A stretch of DNA of 64,000 nt from Reclinomonas americana ATCC 50394 (GCA_048213135.1 PS015295.1:14449-78448); one strand, 5' to 3'. Shown: positions 11,276 through 25,617, numbered from the stretch's first letter. Made by a program: numbers and translations. Notes: generated by a model from the sequence alone, not told the origin.

Positions 11276-12778
11276 CTAGTACTTGGACAGGGCGCTTTGC
11301 TGCACAGGGGGGGAGAAACACACAGTCAGCACATATGCATAAACGTCTGTGCAATGACGAGCGGACGACACACAAACCTTGCTGACGGTGCCGCCGAGTA
11401 ATGATTGCACTCGCGAGAACGTCTGCAGCAGATCGCGACCCTTCTCAGCCTCCGCCGCTCCCGTGCTGCGTCGCTTTGTTGCTGGTGAACTGCGAGAAGG
11501 AGAGGTGAACACGGAGGCATTCGTGCAAGCACGCACGCATTCCAGCACACACGTACCCGGAGCGTGACCGCGATGGTGATGGCGACCGGGTGAGTGAGCG
11601 CGATCGAGAGCGTGACCTCGAGCGCTTCCGACTCTCCCGCTCCCGGTCGCGGCGGTGGTGCGACGACGAATCCCTCTCACGGTCTCGATCCCTATGATGG
11701 TGATCCGAGCTGCGTTTGCGGTCATGAGGTGACGGGGCACGCTCGGGCCTTCTCGACGAGGCGTGAGTGCGAGACGACGACGTCACAGTCGCGGATGACT
11801 GCACCGACATCACCTCTCCACCGCCGGCGTGGCTCGAGGAACCGAATGCCATCGGCAGGCCGTTGCCGAGTGCCGCCGGTCTCTTGATGGGCTTGTAGTC
11901 GAACGGATCGTCGAACGACTGGTCGCGGTGCGACGCACCACGCGCACGGCGGTCCTCAATCGAGGCTGCCGCTTGCGAGTCGCGATCGCGAATGGCTTGC
12001 AGTGCCTGTAGTTAGTCGAGAGAGAGAGAGAGTGTGAGTGAGTGCACAGAGGGCAATGCAAAAAAGGGGTGTTGAAAGACCTTCAGTCGACTGAGGGCGT
12101 TGGTGGATGCCGACTCGGTGGCGTGCAAGTAGCCGTGTCTTCGCAACTCGTCCTCGCGCTCTCGCATCCGTTCCTCGCGGCTCTTGGTCGACCTGTGATC
12201 AGAGAAACGTGAGCCAGAGGGAAGAAAAGAACGTTGCTGTGCTGGCGACGACGCAACGAGGACTGCTTGGTGGAGGAGTCGTCGTCGTGCCGAGTTACGC
12301 CATCGTGCTCATCAATCTCCTTGATAAACCTGCGCTGGATGGGCACGGGAATGCGCGGCAGCACCGCCGTCTGCCACTTGGGCTCCCGAATCAACTCGCG
12401 AACCAAGGCGCCGATGGACCTGGCGGAGAGCGGCAGTGAGCGACACGACAAGGGGAAAAGCGAGAGGACGGAGACCCAACATTTTCTTGGTGCCATCGAG
12501 TCCCATGGTGCACTCTTCCTCGTCGTCCAAGTGCTGGCGATAGATGGGCCAAAAGTCCTCGGGTTCCACACAGTAGCGCAGGTACAGAAAGCCGAGGCCG
12601 CGAACGTGACTGCCGCACACGAAAGTCAGCGAAACCATAGCAAGTCATCTCTCTCTAAACACAGCGGCTGCTTGCATTTCCTTGCTTCGTTTCTGACTCG
12701 CATTCTCCTACGCTCCCCTCTCCCTCCCGTCGATCTCCTCGCTTTCTTTCCCTGTCGTCGTCGCCTTCCTGCCTCTCT

Positions 12779-12829
<51 letters not shown>

Positions 12830-13640
12830 NNNNNNNNNNNNNNNNNNNNNNNNNNNNNNNNNNNNNNNNNNNNNNNNNNNNNNNNNNNNNNNNNNNNNNN
12901 NNNNNNNNNNNNNNNNNNNNNNNNNNNNNNNNNNNNNNNNNNNNNNNNNNNNNNNNNNNNNNNNNNNNNNNNNNNNNNNNNNNNNNNNNNNNNNNNNNNN
13001 NNNNNNNNNNNNNNNNNNNNNNNNNNNNNNNNNNNNNNNNNNNNNNNNNNNNNNNNNNNNNNNNNNNNNNNNNNNNNNNNNNNNNNNNNNNNNNNNNNNN
13101 NNNNNNNNNNNNNNNNNNNNNNNNNNNNNNNNNNNNNNNNNNNNNNNNNNNNNNNNNNNNNNNNNNNNNNNNNNNNNNNNNNNNNNNNNNNNNNNNNNNN
13201 NNNNNNNNNNNNNNNNNNNNNNNNNNNNNNNNNNNNNNNNNNNNNNNNNNNNNNNNNNNNNNNNNNNNNNNNNNNNNNNNNNNNNNNNNNNNNNNNNNNN
13301 NNNNNNNNNNNNNNNNNNNNNNNNNNNNNNNNNNNNNNNNNNNNNNNNNNNNNNNNNNNNNNNNNNNNNNNNNNNNNNNNNNNNNNNNNNNNNNNNNNNN
13401 NNNNNNNNNNNNNNNNNNNNNNNNNNNNNNNNNNNNNNNNNNNNNNNNNNNNNNNNNNNNNNNNNNNNNNNNNNNNNNNNNNNNNNNNNACTCACACACG
13501 CACACGCACTCTCTGTCTCTCACTCACTCACACTCACTGTCATCGCTCACCAGTCGATTCTCATCCTTCTTGGCCTTCTTGGCTGCGTACCAGTCCAGCA
13601 CCTCCGCCATTTGCTCCTCCACATCCTCACTTGCCGCCAT
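11276..13640 (-). CDS. PRPF38B: Pre-mRNA splicing factor 38B with RS-rich tail (internal gap)
   Basis: HVRGLGFLYLRYC..LDDEEE, LPRIPVPIQR and C-terminal RSRSRSRS repeats; first exon MAASEDVEEQ assigned across the gap by position only. Confidence 0.85.
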
Positions 13641-13832
13641 TCTTGTTGCACTCTCTGCTCTCTCGTGTGTCACAGTGTTGGTCGATCGATCGCGATTCCC
13701 ACATTCACAGACTGTCAACATGGAAAGCGACGCAGCGAAAGGCATTCGCATCGGTCTTGCTCATGCAGTTGCGTGCTGTTTCGTGTGTGTGCGCTTCCCT
13801 TTCGTTGCTTTCACACTGCACAGAGACGAGGC

Positions 13833-16800
13833 GATGCAGCGCGTGCGCTCGATGCATTGCAGCAATGCACGGATGACGATCGTTGCGCAGTGGCGTTGTA
13901 CTGCGGTCTTGTGTTGCGTGTGTGGCGATGCAGTGGTTGTCGCTATCGGAGGGGCTGAGCCAGTGATTCGGCGACAGGCATCTCGTTCTCACGGGCGACT
14001 TGTCGGCGGCCGAGTCGTGCTTGTTGGAGGCCACTGTGTGCATGCCGCAGGCGCATGCGCCGTGGCTGCATCTGGCCGAGGTGTACTTGCTGCAGCAGCA
14101 GTGGGAGGCGTGTTTGTTGTGTTGTGCGCAGGCGCAGAGTGCGCGGCCGACTGCTGCGGAACATTTGTTGGTGGCGGCACGGGTGCAGATGCGACTCGGG
14201 CGGTGGGGAGCGGTGCGTGAGTGATGGTGGTGCGATCACATGCTTCTGCTGGCTTCTGAGTGTGCATGTGTGTGTCGCACAGGCGAACACTCTGCTTGGT
14301 GAGGCCGAGGAGCGAGCACCCACGGATTCGCGAGTGTTGTGTGTGCAGGGCGAGTTGTATCGCCTGCAAGGACTGTTGGATCGCGCGGTTCGCTGCTACC
14401 GGCGAGCCGTGCAACTCTGTACCGACAATGTGTTTGCCTGGGAGGGCTTGTTTGCGCTGCGCAGTGGTGCTGCCGGCAGTGATTTGCAGGCTGCCGTTGG
14501 TGCTGCCGAGAGTGTTAGTGCTGCTTCGTTGCTGCTACCGTGGACATCCGCCCGTCATGCGATGCTGGAGATGCCAGCAGTTGACGGGGACGCTGTGGGT
14601 GACTTTTCGTCAGACGCTGGACTGTTGTTGTTGTTGTCGTCGTCGCACTGGATGAGAGTGGCGGGCGTGCAATTTGCTGCACACAATGCAGCCAGTGCTC
14701 GTCTCCAGGCCGGTGATGCTGTGGGTGCACTGCAAGCCATCTTTGCCGATGCCACGGCACTCCACACAGTGCTGATGGATGCCGAAGTACTGCGTGCGAG
14801 GCTCACGCAAATGGACAAGTCGAGTGTGATGCTCGTGTTGCATTGTGCTGTGATCAACGAGGCATCGCTGCTGGCTGTCGCTGTCGCGGTGCATGCTGTA
14901 CAGAGATTTGGTTCTGGCGTACTGTTTTGGTTGTTCTTGTGCATGTCACAATGTGGAGACGTGCGGCTGCTGCGCGAGTTTGGAGAGATGGTGCATCGGG
15001 AAATGTTGCGATGGGATCATGCTGAGGGGGGGGAGTGGATGCACACCTCACTTTCAATTGCACCACAGGTCTCTCGATGGAACGGGCGATGTGCTGGCAT
15101 TTCTTCTCGACGCACTCAGCCACACACACTTTTTGCTGGCGCACAAGGTTATGCGCTGTCGCTCAGAAGCTGAAGTCGTCCTAACATAGTCACTCATCTC
15201 CACTCAGGGTCCTCCGTGGGACAACGAGGAAGTGCGACAGCGCATTCGATCGCACATTCAGCGATGCTTGACACTGGCGGAGGAGAAGCAACAGTCGATC
15301 GGCCTCGTCGCCTCGCTCATGGATGTGCGGGTGTATTCGGATGCACTGCAATTTGCCGAGGCCGACGACAGTTTGCCGGATCCGGGTAACAAGAAGGTCG
15401 ACTGGAAAGCGTGGCCTGCACCACTCATCGTTGCGCAGACGTCACCGCTCGCAGTATATCTGTTGCTTCAGCATCATCTCACTGCCGCACTTCCACACAC
15501 ACAGTTGATGCATGCCCGCTCACTGCGCCAGCGTTACAATACGCTGTCGTCGCGTGCTGCCGCTGAACGCGTCTCGCATCTGGCACGACTGAGGTCTGCC
15601 TGCACATTGCTTTGCTTCTCTCCCTTGAACGAGCCAGACGAATACTCACGCCAGCAGCGACACAGTCCCACGAGCGACGTGTATGCCCGAGAGCGCGTCC
15701 TCCTGTGCTTGCAGGATGCATCGGAACGACAAGTGGACTTGCGTGCTGCGCTGGCCGACTGGCTACCCACATCGTGGGAGCACGTGTGGCGCAAGGAACG
15801 CCTGCAGTTTCATGCTGATTTGGCGGAAGGTCGTTTGCGCGAGTGCCACACGCGACTGAATAGCTTGCGGGCGACGCTGGCTTCCACCACCGAGTGGTGC
15901 GCAACTCTCGGCGTACCGCAAAGCTGCCGCCAACAGTGGGACAAGAGGTACATGACACGCCGTTACCATTTGTGATATCTTGTGTGTTTGCGTGTTTCTC
16001 ACCTTCCACAGTTCGTCAGTGGCGTGGATGGAGTGCTTGCTCGTGGGCACGTGTGCGCTCCACGCTCAGCCGTATCCTCCAATCGGTGGCACCAACAACA
16101 TTCGTGACCTTGCTCGGCGACAGCTCGATGCAGCAGCCAGTGTGCATCATCGGGGACGTGCAAGCTGCCTCTCGAGTGTCGCACCAGCAGTGGCCACGGT
16201 GGACGGCATGCACGCGGCATTGGCAGCGTTACAGGAAGCCGTGAGCGGTGCGGCTCGCTCACGGGCTGCTGCGTGGCGCACTGCCGCCCTCATTCTTCTG
16301 CGAGGAGGACACGTTGCTTCATGTCAACATGCGCAGCTGGGACCGTTGCGTTGCTAGTCGTGTACTTGTCTGACAACCCGACTGATGCCAACGATGATTG
16401 CAGGTTGGTGGGAAGCTACCGCTTCGCACGCAAGGATATCATGCTGCCGTATCTGGAGGTTTGTTTTTCTCGCCCTCTTTCTCCTGCATGTCTGCCAACG
16501 CTGGCTGATGTTGCCGCTCTTCTGCAGATCGCTTTTCGTCTCGGTGATTGGGATCGGCTGGTTGGCTTGCTGGCCGCCGAGCGATTGGAGCGAGTGCCGG
16601 CTGGATTCACTCGCGTGGCGTTTGCCATGTTCAAATGTGCAGCCGCACACGCTCGACTCGCCCAGCTGCTCACCGACTCCATGACCGCACGAGGCACTCG
16701 GTCGCGACAACAGCGGGCCGACGGAGAAGGCGGTGGCGACGATGATGTGCCGGGAGTATTTGCGGTGCGTGTTGTTCGTGTTGCACACACACACCAGATG

Positions 16801-19800
16801 TTACTCACACCTCTGCGCAGAGAATTGTGGAGCTCTCTCGACACTTTGCCGAACCCCTCGCAAAGCATCCGCTCTTTGTCAACGACGGTCAGTCTCATGT
16901 GAGATATGTGGTGCACTGCTTCGTGTGGTAATCATGCTGCTGTGCGGAAAACAGTCCTCGGACTGGAGATTCGGGAGTTGTGCCAGGGTCGCTTGCTGAG
17001 CCGTCGTCCCGACTGCGCGCACCTTTTCCACCAGTGTTCGTAACACCGGTCACTGCCCTCACTGGCTGCTATCGCTGTTCATGTTCTCGTCTTCGTCGCA
17101 GCATTCTCACTGATGGCACGACTGAGTGCGGTTCGTAAGCGGCATCCTCGCTGTTTGGATGTGCTTGTTTCTGCCGCTGCGGCCGAGGTATGTTCGACCG
17201 CTTCTGCTGCACGCGCAACATGGCACGCATGTGGTCCTGATGACACTGTCGGCACAGGGCGCGAGTGATGTTCCAGCTGAGGTGTGGCATCTCGCGACCT
17301 CCATCGACTGGGGCACTGGCGATGAGAGCGCAGTCGAGCAGCAGTGTGCCCTGCTGTTGGAGTTGCTACTGGCTGCAGTGCAGGTGCGCAGCTTGTCTGC
17401 ATCGACATCGGCGTTGCAGCGGTTGTGGGGCAACGCACGACTGCAGCAAACGTGTGGTGCGTGTTGCGTGCTGTCGTGACAACAGGAAATTTTTCGTACT
17501 CATTTGCGAATAGCTGCCTTGTGCGAGCTGTGCGACACTGCACAGGTGTGTCAGGAGGTTGTGGAAAGTCGTAGCAGTGGCGGAGTTGCGCGGTTGTGCC
17601 AGCTGCTGCGTGGGAGACTGGGCTGTGGGCTGTCACGAGTGCGTCACTTGGTGTGTTCCATTACTTGCCACGAAGAAGACTGAGCGACCGTGCTCGCAGA
17701 TGGAGTTGCAGTCTCTGGAGGAGTGCTGTCGACGAGCGGGAATCACGCCCTTGGAGGTCTGCTACAACCGCGCTGACATTCTTCTCCTCCATTCACCACT
17801 CACCGCCGTCGGATCCACTGCAGCGCGCACTGCAAGAGCGCTTGTTGCCTCAAGGAAAAGGGTGATTCACGCATGTTGCAGTGAGCCTTTGCATCATCCT
17901 TCCGCTCACTTCTCGGTCAGACGGTTTCAATCGCTGCTGTCGAGCTCTTCGGATGCATCTGCATTTGCGGCAGGCTGGATGCGAGCATGGCAAATGTACC
18001 ATCAACCTTCGGAGCTGGTGAAACCGTCATTCCCAGTGTCCCTGTGCAGTCAACACTCATGCTCACCCCCTTTGCGATCTGCAGACGGAGCTGCTGTGTG
18101 TGCTGCTTGCATACTGGGCCAGCTGTGACAAGAGTACCGCAGTGGACGACTTGCTGACTGTCACGGTGAGCGTCGGCGGTCGCGCCACGGGCCAGCCGCG
18201 CATTGTGCGCTCAGTCGGTGCGTCTCTCTCTCCCTCTCTCCTCCTCACCAACACGGTCGATGGACTCACTGGTCCGCACGCCCAAGATGACTTTGTCGCT
18301 CTGTATCGTGACTCTGCCGTCCACTGTACTTTTGCCGTGGAGCGTACGGACCTTTCACACTCGCAGTCGACTGGTGCATCGGTGTCCACGCTTCCATTCG
18401 GTCAGCAACGACGCCTTGCTGCAGTGGAACTGCTGCGAGTGGTTGTCAACTCGACACCCAGTGTGCTTCTCGCCTTGCTGCAGTGTGCGGCAATGTGTGG
18501 TGATTAATGCAGCCAATGCCGTCACGCTGATACGAACGGGAAGCTCACCAGTCGTCTCTGGCTGCTTGCGCAGTGGGCGAGTCGTCACCTGCTTCGTCAA
18601 CTGCTGCCTTCAGCAGTCGGAGTTGCGAGACCTTTCAGCAACTCGTGCTGGAGCAGTGCTTGAAAGTTGCATTTCGTGTTTGCCAATGCTCTTGAGCGTT
18701 CCTCAGCCTGTGTTGCTTGCAGGCGCGTCGAGTACCGCTGGACACTGCGCAAGTCAACAGCATGTGGTCATTGCTCGTTCACGAAGTACGACGCGATGTC
18801 GCCACGTCGCCTGTTCGTGACATGAGTGCGCTGGTGCATCGGTGCAGTCAGCGTCTCTGGGCCGAGTTGGCGAGACTGCCAGATGAACACCACGGTACGT
18901 TGCCGTCATTCATGATTGCCCCAGTCACTCATCATGCCAACTCTGGTCGTTGTCTGCAGCGGCTGATAATGCCGACCAGCATCTGTGGAGCGCATTGTGT
19001 GGCGATGTGCCACCGCAGCAGCAGCAGGAGCGCCAAACGCAGACGAATCTGGAAGTGGATGCCGACCAGCTGTGGTCCATTACTGTGTCACATCGTGAAC
19101 ACTCAAAGATGCACAATGGTATGCATGCTTTTCATGTGCATCGCACGTGCCCCCCTCACTGCCAACTCGCTTTGTGCTCTGTGCACAGTGCTGCTCGGGT
19201 GGAAGGTTCCGTGCACTCTACTCTCATTGATGCACTCGACACTGGCCACAACAATGGAAGACGAAATCGTGCTTGCTGCGGGCACTGTACACTGTGCCAT
19301 GTCGGCCACGGAGCAATTGGAACGCTCCCTGTCGTCGATGGAGGAGTCAAGCGACTACAACGCGTGGGTACTGTGCTCACACGCGTTGATGGATGCCGAC
19401 TATTGGCATGTGGCACTCGGCGTGTTGTCACCCGAGTCTGCGCCGGTTGCCGACACAGTCAACCTGGCAAGTGGCTCCTTTTGGAGTCAACCGTCGGCTG
19501 CCTTGGACACAGTGGCTGTCGGCGCGTTTGCGTTGCATGTGGTAGAGTTGCCGACAGTGGCAGTAGACGAACAGCAGCCTGTGACTATGTTGCGTCGCGA
19601 TCCACGGACGCGTCAACAGGATCGAGTGGCAGTCAGTCGGTTGCCGTCGGTGCTGCGTGGTGTGATGCCGGCCGTGCTCCGAGCATTGGATGCCGATGAA
19701 GGTGCGCATGCAAAAGCTTTCGCGCCTTCCGTTGTCGTTGAATCGCCTGGCTGACAGAACCCGCTGCAGCACGCTGGCATGTACTGGCGGCATCACTGTG

Positions 19801-20674
19801 CATTCGAGTGCACCAACAGTTTACGAGTGCGTGTCCGTGCGTCGTGTGTGCGCGACTGTGGAGTGTGCAGGTTGAGTCCTGCCAGTCTGACTTGTGCTGA
19901 GACTTTGCTGTCCGTCTCACTCGTGCATGCGCGCAGCACGGCCGATTCGGCGGTCTCTCGGCGCTAACGCGTCGATTGGCCGAGGCAGTCGAGTTTGCTG
20001 GCAGTGAGGTGCGTTTTGTGATTGATCGCTCCCTGGCTACACACAACTCACCGATCACTGCAGGCGGCGCGTCACATGCTCCGACTCTGCCTTCTGGATG
20101 TGCATCTGTGCTGGTCGGTGGCTGTGGCTCTGCCGTCGGCAGACAACATTCGCACAGTGCTCGGTGGCGGAGAACCTGTATCACCGAGCTTGATTGGTGC
20201 CTTGGTGCTGTGGAGGCACTGTCGACACTCTGCCTCACCTGGTTCGTGTGCGTACCACTGTGCCTGTCCCTCCATGTAATTCACTGTTGTTTTTTTGGCG
20301 CACCACAGTGCCCAACAAGGTGATCGAATTTGTGATCCACACAGTGCTCGCACATAGCATGGGTGATGTGCGCGAAGTCTCGTTTCACCGACGTGAGTAT
20401 ACGTCTGTCGGAGGAGAGAGTGTGTTGCTGTCTCACTCTCGTTAATTCAGCACGCTACACTGCTGTGGAGTCCGGATTCGTGGGTGTCGACATGGTGGTC
20501 GACTGTGGTGCTTACCGACTGAGCTGGATTGCTGTGAGCCACGCAGAGGCGGCGGCGTGGAGTCGTGGCCTGCAAGCTCTTTCGTGGTTGGACGCATGCT
20601 GTGCTGCCGTCGATGATGCTGGTGAAGTGGATGTCGAAGAGAGAGAGAGAGAAAGACAGCAACAGCTCATCTAG
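13833..20674 (+). CDS. Large multi-exon protein with N-terminal TPR repeats, helical body and C-terminal PH-like segment (may be more than one gene)
   Basis: TPR-like VLCVQGELYRLQGLLDRAVRCYRRAVQL..NVFAWEGL; long exons 15232-15950 and 19190-19710; LSWIAVSHAEAAAWSRGLQAL resembles the last helix of a PH domain; start codon uncertain. Confidence 0.45.
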
Positions 20675-20711
20675 AGGTGCTGTGGTGGCAGATGCATATT
20701 GGCGGTGCAAG

Positions 20712-22114
20712 ATGCCGATTGTGCTCGGCCGCTGCGTGCTATTGCCGGTGGCACAAGTCGGTGGGGCGCGAGCATTGTGGACGTTTGATGCGATGGCGGA
20801 GCGCGACAAGACTGCATTGCAGCTGCGCGCACGACTTGGTGACCAGGTCTCGTGCATCCTGCGTGTGCTTTCGCAGTGCCTGTTCTTCGCTTGACTATTG
20901 GGCACACAGATGGGATACGCTCCACAGTTGCAGCAACGCGCTGGCGCAAGTGGTGGTAGTGCCACAACAACAACAACGACAACAACATCCGTACGTGTCG
21001 ACACGGATCTGTTGTATCGACGGGTGGCTCGTGCGGTGGAGCAAAAGGCGTTCTGGGATGTTGCCGGCTGGCTTCTGAGCTGGGGAGAGCGCACACCGGA
21101 TCGGGAGGGCGTGGAGGTGGCCAGTGGAGGCATGTCCACGGTGTTACTCGGCTTGGAATGGGTGTGTGCCGACGGCAACAGTAGTGCCTCGGCCGTGCCG
21201 TTCGCACTCTCGCCTGTTGCGTCACCGCACACAAACATGTTGATGCCCGTGGACTCACTTGCTGCTTGGGGTTCTTTTCCTACTATGTGGGTGTGCTAGG
21301 GAGCGCGCCTTCTGCTGCTGGCGCACCATAGCGGACGTGTCGTGTATGCAGCTGCCGTGAAGCGCGCCGTTCATCACCTGCTGGGCGATTCGCTTGTGCA
21401 GATGCTGACGCCGGTGGTGGTGGACACGGCCGCAGTGGCCGGTCCGTGGCCCTGTGCCAAGTGGGTATCGGGACGGGCGGCCGCCAATCGGGTGGCGGCA
21501 CAAGTGTTCCGCACCAACTGGGGCATGACGGTCAGTGATCCGCGCGTCACCTCCAACGACCTCGCACCGAGCTCGACGCCGCCGCGGATCACCGCCGACA
21601 TGGGTGCCCCGGGCGTGCCAGTACTGGAGAGTCGACTGCACAACAACAGCGTTCCTCTGCGTGCCGATCGCTTCCTGCGACAAATCCTGCGACGTCGGCT
21701 AAAGCTGGAAGAACGCCTCCGCGCTCACTTCTTGGCGTCCACCACCATGATCAAGGACGACAGTCGACAGTCGACGGACGGCGCTGTTGAGCACGTTGGT
21801 CTGCACGACATTGACGAGTATCGTCGCAACAAGCGCCTGCTGCAGGCCGCGCGCCATCGTCACGACGAAGGCGACGGCGACGGCCCGATCGACGTGCTCC
21901 CGAGCGCCGAGCGCTACTGTGTGTTTGTCAGCACAGGCGACAGTGACGGCCCAGAGGACGAGCAGAGAGTGGAGGGTGTGGCTGACGGGCTGTCGCCGCG
22001 TCGTCGTCTGCTCCGCCGTCTGGCCGGCGATGGTGCCACATCGTTGAGCGCACTGATCGAGCGATGGATGACGGCGGCAGCCGCTGACGGTGGCAGCGCT
22101 CCGCCATCATCATC
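20712..22114 (+). CDS. Hypothetical protein, 3' end in gap
   Basis: Long exons 20898-21255 and 21300-22114 with plausible GT-AG junctions; no recognised motif. Confidence 0.5.
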
Positions 22115-23214
22115 NNNNNNNNNNNNNNNNNNNNNNNNNNNNNNNNNNNNNNNNNNNNNNNNNNNNNNNNNNNNNNNNNNNNNNNNNNNNNNNNNNNNNN
22201 NNNNNNNNNNNNNNNNNNNNNNNNNNNNNNNNNNNNNNNNNNNNNNNNNNNNNNNNNNNNNNNNNNNNNNNNNNNNNNNNNNNNNNNNNNNNNNNNNNNN
22301 NNNNNNNNNNNNNNNNNNNNNNNNNNNNNNNNNNNNNNNNNNNNNNNNNNNNNNNNNNNNNNNNNNNNNNNNNNNNNNNNNNNNNNNNNNNNNNNNNNNN
22401 NNNNNNNNNNNNNNNNNNNNNNNNNNNNNNNNNNNNNNNNNNNNNNNNNNNNNNNNNNNNNNNNNNNNNNNNNNNNNNNNNNNNNNNNNNNNNNNNNNNN
22501 NNNNNNNNNNNNNNNNNNNNNNNNNNNNNNNNNNNNNNNNNNNNNNNNNNNNNNNNNNNNNNNNNNNNNNNNNNNNNNNNNNNNNNNNNNNNNNNNNNNN
22601 NNNNNNNNNNNNNNNNNNNNNNNNNNNNNNNNNNNNNNNNNNNNNNNNNNNNNNNNNNNNNNNNNNNNNNNNNNNNNNNNNNNNNNNNNNNNNNNNNNNN
22701 NNNNNNNNNNNNNNNNNNNNNNNNNNNNNNNNNNNNNNNNNNNNNNNNNNNNNNNNNNNNNNNNNNNNNNNNNNNNNNNNNNNNNNNNNNNNNNNNNNNN
22801 NNNNNNNNNNNNNNNNNNNNNNNNNNNNNNNNNNNNNNNNNNNNNNNNNNNNNNNNNNNNNNNNNNNNNNNNNNNNNNNNNNNNNNNNNNNNNNNNNNNN
22901 NNNNNNNNNNNNNNNNNNNNNNNNNNNNNNNNNNNNNNNNNNNNNNNNNNNNNNNNNNNNNNNNNNNNNNNNNNNNNNNNNNNNNNNNNNNNNNNNNNNN
23001 NNNNNNNNNNNNNNNNNNNNNNNNNNNNNNNNNNNNNNNNNNNNNNNNNNNNNNNNNNNNNNNNNNNNNNNNNNNNGTTTCCCATGGCTTCACCAGCGAA
23101 GAGGGTGCGTGCGTGTGTGCGTGTTCTCTCTGCGGAAGTTGAGGGGGAGTTGACGGTCCTGCACGTCGGCGGTGTAACGGTCGCCGGGATCAATCGCGGA
23201 GAGAGAAAAAGACA

Positions 23215-23843
23215 ATGGTGTCGCTGTTTAGGTTTGGGGCCAAGCCTCTTCCAGAGCCACCACAGAGGTGTGTCTCCACGCGACGACCTTCCACACTCTG
23301 CGAGAGCTCACACAATCACGCACTCTCGCAGTGTGCCCAACATAGACAAGGACGACATTCTGTTCATGCTCGGCGAGCGTGAGTTTGTGTTCCACGGTGG
23401 CGAGTGGCACACTGATGGTACGTACGCGTGTATGCTCTTTGATCCAGAGCACAGGCAGCAGCTAATGATCCATGTGAGCAGGCGAAGTTGGTATAAGCAC
23501 GGATCGTGCGCAAGCGCTGCAGGAGCTGGAGAGAGAGCGCGACGAGCTACTCGCCGAGCAAGAGCAAATACGATGGCGTGTCGAGTTACTCAAAGACATG
23601 GTTCGTCGTCTGCGCAGCACAGCAGTTGGATTGACATCGTCATGTCGGACACTGATCGACTGTGTGTGTGAGCAGGTGGCAGTCAAGAGGCTCGACAACA
23701 GAGAACTGGAGCGGAGGATCGATGAAGCCAGTGCGTTGTTCCACTCGCACTCACGCTCGTTTGTTGGTGGTGTGCTCACTGCTGTGTGTTTCGCAGTGGC
23801 GGAGGCAAAACGACAGCAGCGCAACTCGACGCAGTCGCGTTGA
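23215..23843 (+). CDS. CBY1: Chibby-family basal-body protein (5 exons)
   Basis: Spliced FMLGEREFVFHGGEW and LERERDELLAEQEQIRWRVELLKDMVA parallel Chibby MNLAGQSLKFENGQW / LEEENNLLRLKVDILLDML. Confidence 0.75.
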
Positions 23844-24100
23844 GTTTTCTTTCTCTCTTTCTGTTGTTGTTGTGTGTATGTATGCGTGTGCTGTCAACAG
23901 CCGACGCTTGCGAGGAGTGTACAGTGTCGTTTGTGCCTGTGTCCTCTCTGTCAATCATCGTCGTGAGTCCGTCGCCGAGAGCGATCATTCATCGTGTTTG
24001 CTCGACTCACTCGCGAGCGCGACCCCCCTGTCCGGGGTGGCGATTACCATCCCTATGCACTGCCGTCTGTGAGGTGATGCATTCAGCAGGCGTTGTTCCT

Positions 24101-24158
24101 CATCACACATGTGTTCACTTTGCATTCATCACACATGTGTTCACTGTGCATTCATCAC
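24101..24158. repeat. 26-bp tandem repeat, ~2.2 copies
   Basis: catcacacatgtgttcact(t/g)tgcatt repeated. Confidence 0.9.
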
Positions 24159-24177
24159 GTGGCGCAGAAGCAACGGT

Positions 24178-25617
24178 ATGCCGTGCTTGGCGATTGTGGC
24201 CGTGTCACTGTTGGCACTGGTGCTGGTGAGCATGATTGTGGGGTTGGTGTGGACGACCAACACGCGTGTGCAATGCGATCACTCGGGCGTGGTGTGTGAA
24301 GACATGGTGACGCATCTGTTGCGTGAGCTGTGTACCTGCGCGCATCACCCTTCCTCTCTCTCTCTCTCTCTGCGAATGCGTGACTGGGAGGTGCGGCACA
24401 GAGTCTCGTCGTACAATGCCCTGCAACGCGATCGATTGCAGCGATTCGTGGCGAAGCGGGCCACGCGCCTGCGCCGTGTGCCACACGTGGTGGCCATGTA
24501 CGCCAAGAGTCGACCGCAGTACCTGACAGAGTCGCTGGGGTCGCTGTGTCGGGCGGCCGAGACAGAGACGGTGGTCACTGGCCCGTCGCACACACATCGC
24601 GACGATCGCTCGTTTGAGCCGGTCATTCTGCTCTTCCTCGACGGCGCCATGCCGCAAACCATGGACTTTCTACAACGCGAGTACTCGCACGCAGTGGGCG
24701 CGGAGGCAGTTGGCAGGGGCCGTGAAGACAATCAGCACACCTGTCCAGTTGTGTGCGTGCATAACATTTTCATCATGCGTCTGTGTTCTCTCTCATCGCC
24801 CTGCGCCAGTTGTTTGTGTTTGTGCGTCCGACGACCAACGAGGGCGGCTCGATCATGGCCCTGAAGGAGCACTGGTGGTGGATTCTGCACATGGTGTTTG
24901 AGTCGGAGCTGCTGGGCACCACGGTGGACGAGGTGTTGTTTGTCGAGGAGGACCACGTGAGCAGCGCAGATCTGTTTGCCATGTCGCATCGCATGGCGGC
25001 GGAGTGGCACACAATGTGCCGCGGCTGCTGGGGCCTCAGTCTCTACAATGCGGCCTCGACCGAGCGCAGGTGTGTGCGTGAGAGAGAGAGAGTGCGGATC
25101 ACATATGTTGAACGCTGACACGCGCCACTGGGCACACACAGCCTGGCGCAGCGAGTGCACGTGCTGGAGGGACTCAGCAACACCGGCTACCTGCTACCGC
25201 GCTCCACGTGGAACCTCCTGCAGGAGCACGAGCGCGAGTTTCGCGAGTGTGCCAACGGCTGGGATGTTGCGGAGAACCCGGCGTGTCGTCGCTCACTGTC
25301 GAAGATGCTGACGAGACAAACACCCTTCGCCACGCGCAGATATGCTTCACCAGTTTGCAGCGAGCGGGCCTGCTGCCGTCTCGATACCTGGCGCCGGAGC
25401 TCTCGCGCATCCGCAACATTGGCGTGCAGGGCGTCAACATGAACGAGGTACTGTACGCCACCTCGATTGCGCCGCATTAACCGCTCCTCCTCACACAATC
25501 TTACCCCCACAGCGCCTGTACGAGCAACGCGGATACGCCACAGTAGCCGTCAGCGCGGCGGCTGACATGCTGCTCGCCGACGACGCACTCGAGTGCGACA
25601 ATTGTGACACCAACTGA
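24178..25617 (+). CDS. Type II membrane glycosyltransferase, MGAT2/GnT-II (GT16)-like
   Basis: N-terminal TM; RPQYLTESLGSL, LKEHWWWILHMVF, LFVEEDH, NTGYLLPRSTW, CANGWD, RIRNIGVQG resemble MGAT2 KHHWWWK / EEDH / NMG / YNWD / HIG; true start may lie upstream. Confidence 0.7.

Noticed and set aside
11196-11276. Operon-like trans-splicing between closely spaced tandem genes
   Set aside because: No convincing unpaired AG acceptor just upstream of the delta-tubulin ATG, and an ordinary AATAAA is present.
24101-24158. 26-bp tandem repeat as a CRISPR-like array
   Set aside because: No spacers, only about 2 copies, eukaryotic context.
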